64,000 bases of DNA from a virus, in the IMG/VR virus record IMGVR_UViG_3300038410_000026, positions 1-64,000 of that record. One strand, given 5' to 3'. The notes beneath the pieces were generated by a model. That model did not search any database and was not told the origin of the DNA. It saw nothing but the letters and a program-made list of their open reading frames with translations. The position numbers and the translations under genes were made by a program. This document shows, piece after piece, positions 59,196-64,000 of this stretch (its first letter is position 1; the number at the start of each line of letters is the position of its first letter).

Positions 59196-59633
59196 ATGAA
59201 GGCGTATTGTGCCAGCGGAGACGTGACCGGAGCGGCCTCGAAAACGGTAGTCGCCCTCATTTCGAGCGCCACTCGGCGTCCCAAACTTTTGCAGGTGATC
59301 ATCGGCTGTTCCGGTACGCCTGCTGACAACGTGGCCAAGGTGGCAATCAGAAAATTCACCGCTGACGGAACCGGAACCAGCGGCACGACATTTCAGGCCG
59401 ATTCATCCGATGGAGCGCCTTCGGTCACCACCAAGGTGAATTACACGGTGGAGCCAACGTATACGTCGGGAAACGTGGAGGAGATCAGCCTCAACCAGCG
59501 TGCCACCGTGATCTGGAATGCTCCCCTGGGGGCAGAGCCATCGGTCCCCATCGGCACGTCGAACGGCATCGGAGTGCAACTGATATCAGCCCCCACGCTC
59601 GCTTACAATGTGACGATGGTATGGGATGAGTGA
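59196..59633 (+). CDS. Virion structural protein
   Basis: AGGAGG RBS, beta-rich. Confidence 0.55.
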   Translation: MKAYCASGDVTGAASKTVVALISSATRRPKLLQVIIGCSGTPADNVAKVAIRKFTADGTGTSGTTFQADSSDGAPSVTTKVNYTVEPTYTSGNVEEISLNQRATVIWNAPLGAEPSVPIGTSNGIGVQLISAPTLAYNVTMVWDE

Positions 59634-59883
59634 CCCAAGGCGGAATTATGGCTTGGAAAAAAGCACAAGATCCAACGTATCCTCTCGGATTCCGATATCA
59701 CGATCCCCTGCGCTGCATGAATTGTGGCCATCACCGGGACGAACACGATCCAGAGGTTGGCTGCACGGTGGATGGGGGTACTAAAACTATCGTGAGCGAG
59801 AGCGGGGAGAGAAGGTCGGCCTGTTCGTGTGAGGTGTACGTTCCCGCTCCGGATGCGGTTGACGCAGTGGCGTAGGAGTTGCT

Positions 59884-61830
59884 GTGCCCACTACGGCCTA
59901 CAGCATCAGCTTCGGCATTACGATGTCTGCCGAAGCCTATACCTATTACCTCGACAGCGAGGATGGAAATGATAACGCGGATGGGCTATCTCCCGGCTCC
60001 GCATGGCAGACTATTTCGAAACTGGATGGAATCACGTTGACTCCAGGGCAATCGGTTGGATTCAAGCGAGGTTGCGTTTGGAGAGAATCCCTGCTTCCCG
60101 GAGACAGCGGGAGTTCGGGCCACCTGATCACCTATGGGGCCTACGGTTCAGGAGACAGGCCGGAACTGAACGGATCTGATCTGGTGACTGGATTATCAAA
60201 TTCCGGATGGCTGACGGATTTCACACGCAGCAATAGTGGATCAGGAACCTACTATTCGAACGTCAATGTCCGGTCAGTCATAGAGGCGGACTCCGTAGAT
60301 TCAAGCGGAAGCAAGATCCGAATTACCATTCGTGCCAAGTCAGACCACAATCTAGTCATCACTGGAGCTTCCATCGGGCGCATGACGACCGGGGCGGTCT
60401 ACGACAGCGCCCCCACCAGAATTACCTGGGACAGCGGAGCTAATGGCACGACGGTCTCCTCCGGCCAGACCAAGCTGAGTGATGAAATCACATTTTCATT
60501 CGACAAAACGCTGCGCTATGGAATTCACTTGGCGGGCGCGATCCTGGGCGCGACCTATGACGATACGGTAGGAGGAACGGCTGAGTACGACAACTACAGC
60601 GGAACCGATGGGAGCCAAGATACGGCATTCAATATTGAGTTTTCGGGCGGGACGGTTTGGGCACTGATAAAGTTCGAGGTATATGGAACCAATCCGGCCA
60701 ATGTCTACAGCGCCAGCATCAGCGGAACCGCCACGCAGCTTTTCCGCAATAGTGTTCGCTGCACTCCGGTAGCTTCCATCGGAGATCTGGACACTCAAAA
60801 CGAATGCTACCTGGGAACTGCGGGGGTGGTGTACCTATACAGTACGTCAGATCCCAGTGGCGACACAGTTGAGGCATCTGTGCGGCCATGGGTGATCGAG
60901 GCCGATGGCGTCGATTATCTTTATTTCCGTGATCTATCGGCCCAAAAATCGGCTGGGGTCGGCTGGGGTTGTCACAATGCCTCCTACATCACAGCCAAAA
61001 ATCTAGACACCGGCTGGGGAGGCGGAGCGGGTCTTTATCCCTGTTTCGGCGGCGGGACAGATCACGTCACCGTCGAAGGCGGGACGACCCACGACAACGG
61101 CGGCTCCACCCTCTACGACCAGAACCAGATTGCCATGGGTGGAATCGGAGGAAGCTCGAATTCCAGTTACATCACAATTGATGGAGTTGACGTGGAGGGA
61201 ACCAACTATTCGTACTCCGACAACACCGCATTGCAGTTAGCCACTACGGACACCGGGTATTCGGTTACGAATCTGGTGATTAAGAATTGCATATTTCATG
61301 GCGATAGCGGAGGAACAGCAATCCGATCAGACGGCAAGGGCCACGGCGTCATCATTCACCACAACGTAGTTTACGGATTCGTAGACGGGATTCTTCACAT
61401 TGACGGGGCCGGAGGATCTGGAACAACTACGATGGAAGTATATCACAACACGATAACTACCAACAGCGGCGACGGTCTTGTCTTGGATGGCGCTACCTGT
61501 ACGGTAAAGGACAATATCCTGTACCAGAATGCGAGTAGCGGTGGGTATTACGAGATAAGAGTAACCTCGGCTGCAACCCTCACGAGCGACTACAACGACT
61601 TCTATCATTCAGCCGGTGGAAGCTATTTTTCCTATCAGGGAGTGGACCGGACCTTCGCTACGTGGAAAAGCTCTACTGGTGGAGATATCCACTCAAGCGA
61701 TGGCAACCCGCTATTCACTGATCCCAATAACCATATTTACACTTTGCAGGGCGGATCGCCCGCTCTTGAAACTGGAATCTATATATCTGGAATCAGCACA
61801 GCAGACCCACCAAATATGGGGGCTAAATGA
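59884..61830 (+). CDS. Right-handed parallel beta-helix protein (tailspike/depolymerase-like)
   Basis: YYLDSEDGNDNADGLSPGSAWQTI, FKRG..W, ITYGAYG.G.RP, Asn-ladder repeats, LQGGSPA..G. Confidence 0.75.
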   Translation: MPTTAYSISFGITMSAEAYTYYLDSEDGNDNADGLSPGSAWQTISKLDGITLTPGQSVGFKRGCVWRESLLPGDSGSSGHLITYGAYGSGDRPELNGSDLVTGLSNSGWLTDFTRSNSGSGTYYSNVNVRSVIEADSVDSSGSKIRITIRAKSDHNLVITGASIGRMTTGAVYDSAPTRITWDSGANGTTVSSGQTKLSDEITFSFDKTLRYGIHLAGAILGATYDDTVGGTAEYDNYSGTDGSQDTAFNIEFSGGTVWALIKFEVYGTNPANVYSASISGTATQLFRNSVRCTPVASIGDLDTQNECYLGTAGVVYLYSTSDPSGDTVEASVRPWVIEADGVDYLYFRDLSAQKSAGVGWGCHNASYITAKNLDTGWGGGAGLYPCFGGGTDHVTVEGGTTHDNGGSTLYDQNQIAMGGIGGSSNSSYITIDGVDVEGTNYSYSDNTALQLATTDTGYSVTNLVIKNCIFHGDSGGTAIRSDGKGHGVIIHHNVVYGFVDGILHIDGAGGSGTTTMEVYHNTITTNSGDGLVLDGATCTVKDNILYQNASSGGYYEIRVTSAATLTSDYNDFYHSAGGSYFSYQGVDRTFATWKSSTGGDIHSSDGNPLFTDPNNHIYTLQGGSPALETGIYISGISTADPPNMGAK

Positions 61831-61851
61831 TGTGCGAAAGGGAGAACAAGC

Positions 61852-62556
61852 ATGAGTAAAGAATTCAATCGATCTCTGATTGAAGGTAGTATCGATTATG
61901 TTGGGTCTCTGGACGCTGTGCTCATTCGGAGCGACGGTAGCTCCAGGGATCTGGGGCGGCTGTCGGATGGAAAGAAATTCCGGCTAATCGGTCGCCCGGT
62001 GCAGTGGTGGAGGGCTCTGTGGGCCGAGATGAGAAAGTGGGGAATCATCCCGGCAGCCATGGGATTCGCCGCCTTTCTCAAGGTCTATGGCGTCGTCGAT
62101 GAGCCGCACCGGATGTTAAAGCTGTTCGAAGATCCGCGTGTCCAGTCTCTTTTGCTGGGCCTTGGAAGTTTCGGACTGGTGGTGACAGGAGGCGCAAACT
62201 TCCTAGCCACCGACTTTGCTTCCGGTCAGGCAACTCCGCGCATCAGCGCGATGAACTTTCACGACAGCGGAACCGGAACCACCGCCGCTACCTCAACCGA
62301 CTCTGGTTTGCAGACCCAAGCAGGACCGACTACCAGGGCCACCGGGACGCAGAGTAATCCGGTCACTAACCAGTACCGATCCATCGGCACGATTGCCTAT
62401 ACCGGAACCCTGTCTATTACCGAATGGGGACTGTTCAATCAGGCGGCACAGGGCGGTACGATGTGGGATCGGCGCGTGTTCAGCGTGATCTCAGTGGGAG
62501 ACGGTGACTCAATTCAATTTACCTACACTCTAACTATCACTGCTGGAGGCACTTAG
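61852..62556 (+). CDS. Tail-associated protein (paralog of 58508-59140)
   Basis: Shared C-terminal domain motifs. Confidence 0.6.
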   Translation: MSKEFNRSLIEGSIDYVGSLDAVLIRSDGSSRDLGRLSDGKKFRLIGRPVQWWRALWAEMRKWGIIPAAMGFAAFLKVYGVVDEPHRMLKLFEDPRVQSLLLGLGSFGLVVTGGANFLATDFASGQATPRISAMNFHDSGTGTTAATSTDSGLQTQAGPTTRATGTQSNPVTNQYRSIGTIAYTGTLSITEWGLFNQAAQGGTMWDRRVFSVISVGDGDSIQFTYTLTITAGGT

Positions 62557-62604
62557 AGATATTTTGGCCTTGCATACAGTTGCTTATGGTGCTACGTTAG
62601 CAAC

Positions 62605-63282
62605 ATGATATGCGAACAATGCAAGGCAGAATTCAGGCGGCGAGATCGAGGCAATCGCCCACGTTACGATCACGCATTTTGTTCTCAGGTGTGCTACACG
62701 CAATGGAAGATTGGCCGGATTCGGAAAGATCGCGGTCGGATGACCGTGGAGAGGGGATGTCCGACTTGCGGCCAACTCTTCCTTGCTGGTGGCCGGGGGA
62801 ACGCCTCGAAACACGCTGTTTTTTGCAGCCGTGATTGTGCGGACAAAGCTCGTTACCGGCACAGCAGAATCGGCAGTTCCCTGACTAACGCCCAGGCTGC
62901 TTATCTGGCTGGCCTGATTGACGGAAAAGGATCTATCATCCACTACTTGCGGAGCGATGCAGTAGCGCTTCGGCTCACCATTTCCCATACTTCTCGGCGT
63001 CTCCTGGAATGGGTTGCTTCCACAACCGGGATCGGCTCCATAGTTCGCTCCGAGAAAAGGAACCCCAAGCATAAAGCCGGATTCTGGTGGCAGGTCAATG
63101 CCGACGCCGCCGAATCCATCTTGCGTCAGATCCGTCCCTATTTGGTTCTGAATCGAGAACAGGCGGATCTAGCCATCGAGTCCCACGAAAATCTTCGTGA
63201 TCCAGCGCTGAAGGTGGATCGCTCGTGGCATACAGAGGCAGTTTCCTGGATGCGGCAGTTGAACCAGCGAGGCAATCTATGA
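62605..63282 (+). CDS. Free-standing LAGLIDADG homing endonuclease-like protein with two N-terminal CxxC..FCSxxC zinc modules
   Basis: AYLAGLIDGKGSI, GIGSI, IRPYLVL; CEQC/FCSQVC and CPTC/FCSRDC. Confidence 0.8.
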   Translation: MICEQCKAEFRRRDRGNRPRYDHAFCSQVCYTQWKIGRIRKDRGRMTVERGCPTCGQLFLAGGRGNASKHAVFCSRDCADKARYRHSRIGSSLTNAQAAYLAGLIDGKGSIIHYLRSDAVALRLTISHTSRRLLEWVASTTGIGSIVRSEKRNPKHKAGFWWQVNADAAESILRQIRPYLVLNREQADLAIESHENLRDPALKVDRSWHTEAVSWMRQLNQRGNL

Positions 63283-63752
63283 AAGTTATCGTACCGTTCG
63301 CCACCGCATCCCCAATGCTTCCGGCAGTCAGACTGGCCTTGCGCCAAGATGGGGTGAACGCCGAATACGTTCACATGACCAAGGATGATTCCTACTACAA
63401 CCTTTTGGTGGACTGTTGGCGAGCCGGAGAAACCTTCGCTATAGTGGAGCACGACATCGTGGTCTGGCCGGGAGGGATTCAAGAGCTTGAGAATTGCCCG
63501 GAGCAGTGGTGTACCATCCCTTACTACTGCTCCGTTGGCTGGATTTTAGACGGCCTAGGTTGCACCAAATTCGGTGCTGATCTGATCCGGAAATATCCGG
63601 CCTTCCTCGATGAGCCATTTCCTTCCTGTTGCAGCCATACGCGCTATTTCTGCGGGCTGGACCGGCTGATCGCTCACCGGATGCAGGAGCTTGAAATCGA
63701 ACCCCACGTGCATAATCCGGGGGTTGTGAATTTGAACGAAAAATGGACGTGA
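63279..63752 (+). CDS. Small GT-A-like glycosyltransferase-related protein
   Basis: IVEHDIV, GLGCTKF motifs. Confidence 0.45.
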   Translation: MKVIVPFATASPMLPAVRLALRQDGVNAEYVHMTKDDSYYNLLVDCWRAGETFAIVEHDIVVWPGGIQELENCPEQWCTIPYYCSVGWILDGLGCTKFGADLIRKYPAFLDEPFPSCCSHTRYFCGLDRLIAHRMQELEIEPHVHNPGVVNLNEKWT

Positions 63753-63760
63753 GGAACTGA

Positions 63761-64000
63761 GTGGCTAACGCTTGGGTCCGTGAATCCGGCATCTTTACCA
63801 CATTGAGCGCCACTATCACGGCGGCGGCGAGCGGCAATACGCTCGTCATGTTCATTGCGTCCTACCGTAGCCCTGCCGCCAGAACGGTAAGTTCCCTCTC
63901 CTGCACCAACGTTACTTGGAATAAACTCTGTGGAACAGCCAACGGAACTATAGATTCCGAGATCTGGTACGGGACCGTGGCCGGTGGAAGCAGCGGAACT
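63761..64000 (+). CDS. Partial structural protein (runs off window end)
   Basis: GAGGA RBS, GTG start, open to the end: ANAWVRESGIFTTLSAT... Confidence 0.5.
   Translation, partial: MANAWVRESGIFTTLSATITAAASGNTLVMFIASYRSPAARTVSSLSCTNVTWNKLCGTANGTIDSEIWYGTVAGGSSGT

Noticed and set aside
58508-62556. Diversity-generating retroelement template/variable repeat between the paralogous tail genes
   Set aside because: Similarity is at protein level only, there is no adenine-specific pattern and no reverse transcriptase in the window.

Overview
A 64-kb slice of a tailed dsDNA bacteriophage genome. Genes from about 1-23.7 kb run mostly on the minus strand (SF2 helicase, DUF932, RecT-like protein plus PD-(D/E)XK nuclease, AAA ATPase, KTSC, many small unknowns). 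From about 25 kb they run mostly on the plus strand (SleB-like hydrolase, glycosyltransferase, terminase, portal, scaffold, major capsid, tail and beta-helix proteins). The main result is an RNA-guided-type locus. A 311-aa Nop-domain/IS110-C-terminal-like protein with no recognisable nuclease (7110-8045) sits between two tandem arrays of 36-nt dual-repeat/dual-spacer units. A third, larger array of the same family lies about 19 kb away (26930-28323). The three arrays hold about 83 units in total and match the TIGR-Tas (TasA-type) architecture, and spacer modules are reused and swapped between arrays. The second result is a TROVE/Ro60-vWA gene preceded by five tandem Y-RNA-like hairpins, one with tRNA-like arms, next to a cyclic-phosphate-processing receiver gene. 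Also present are a Csx16-like candidate ring nuclease, a dispersed 16-18 bp palindrome, protamine-like micro-ORFs and two candidate small structured RNAs. All protein calls come from motif recognition by eye; no searches were run.
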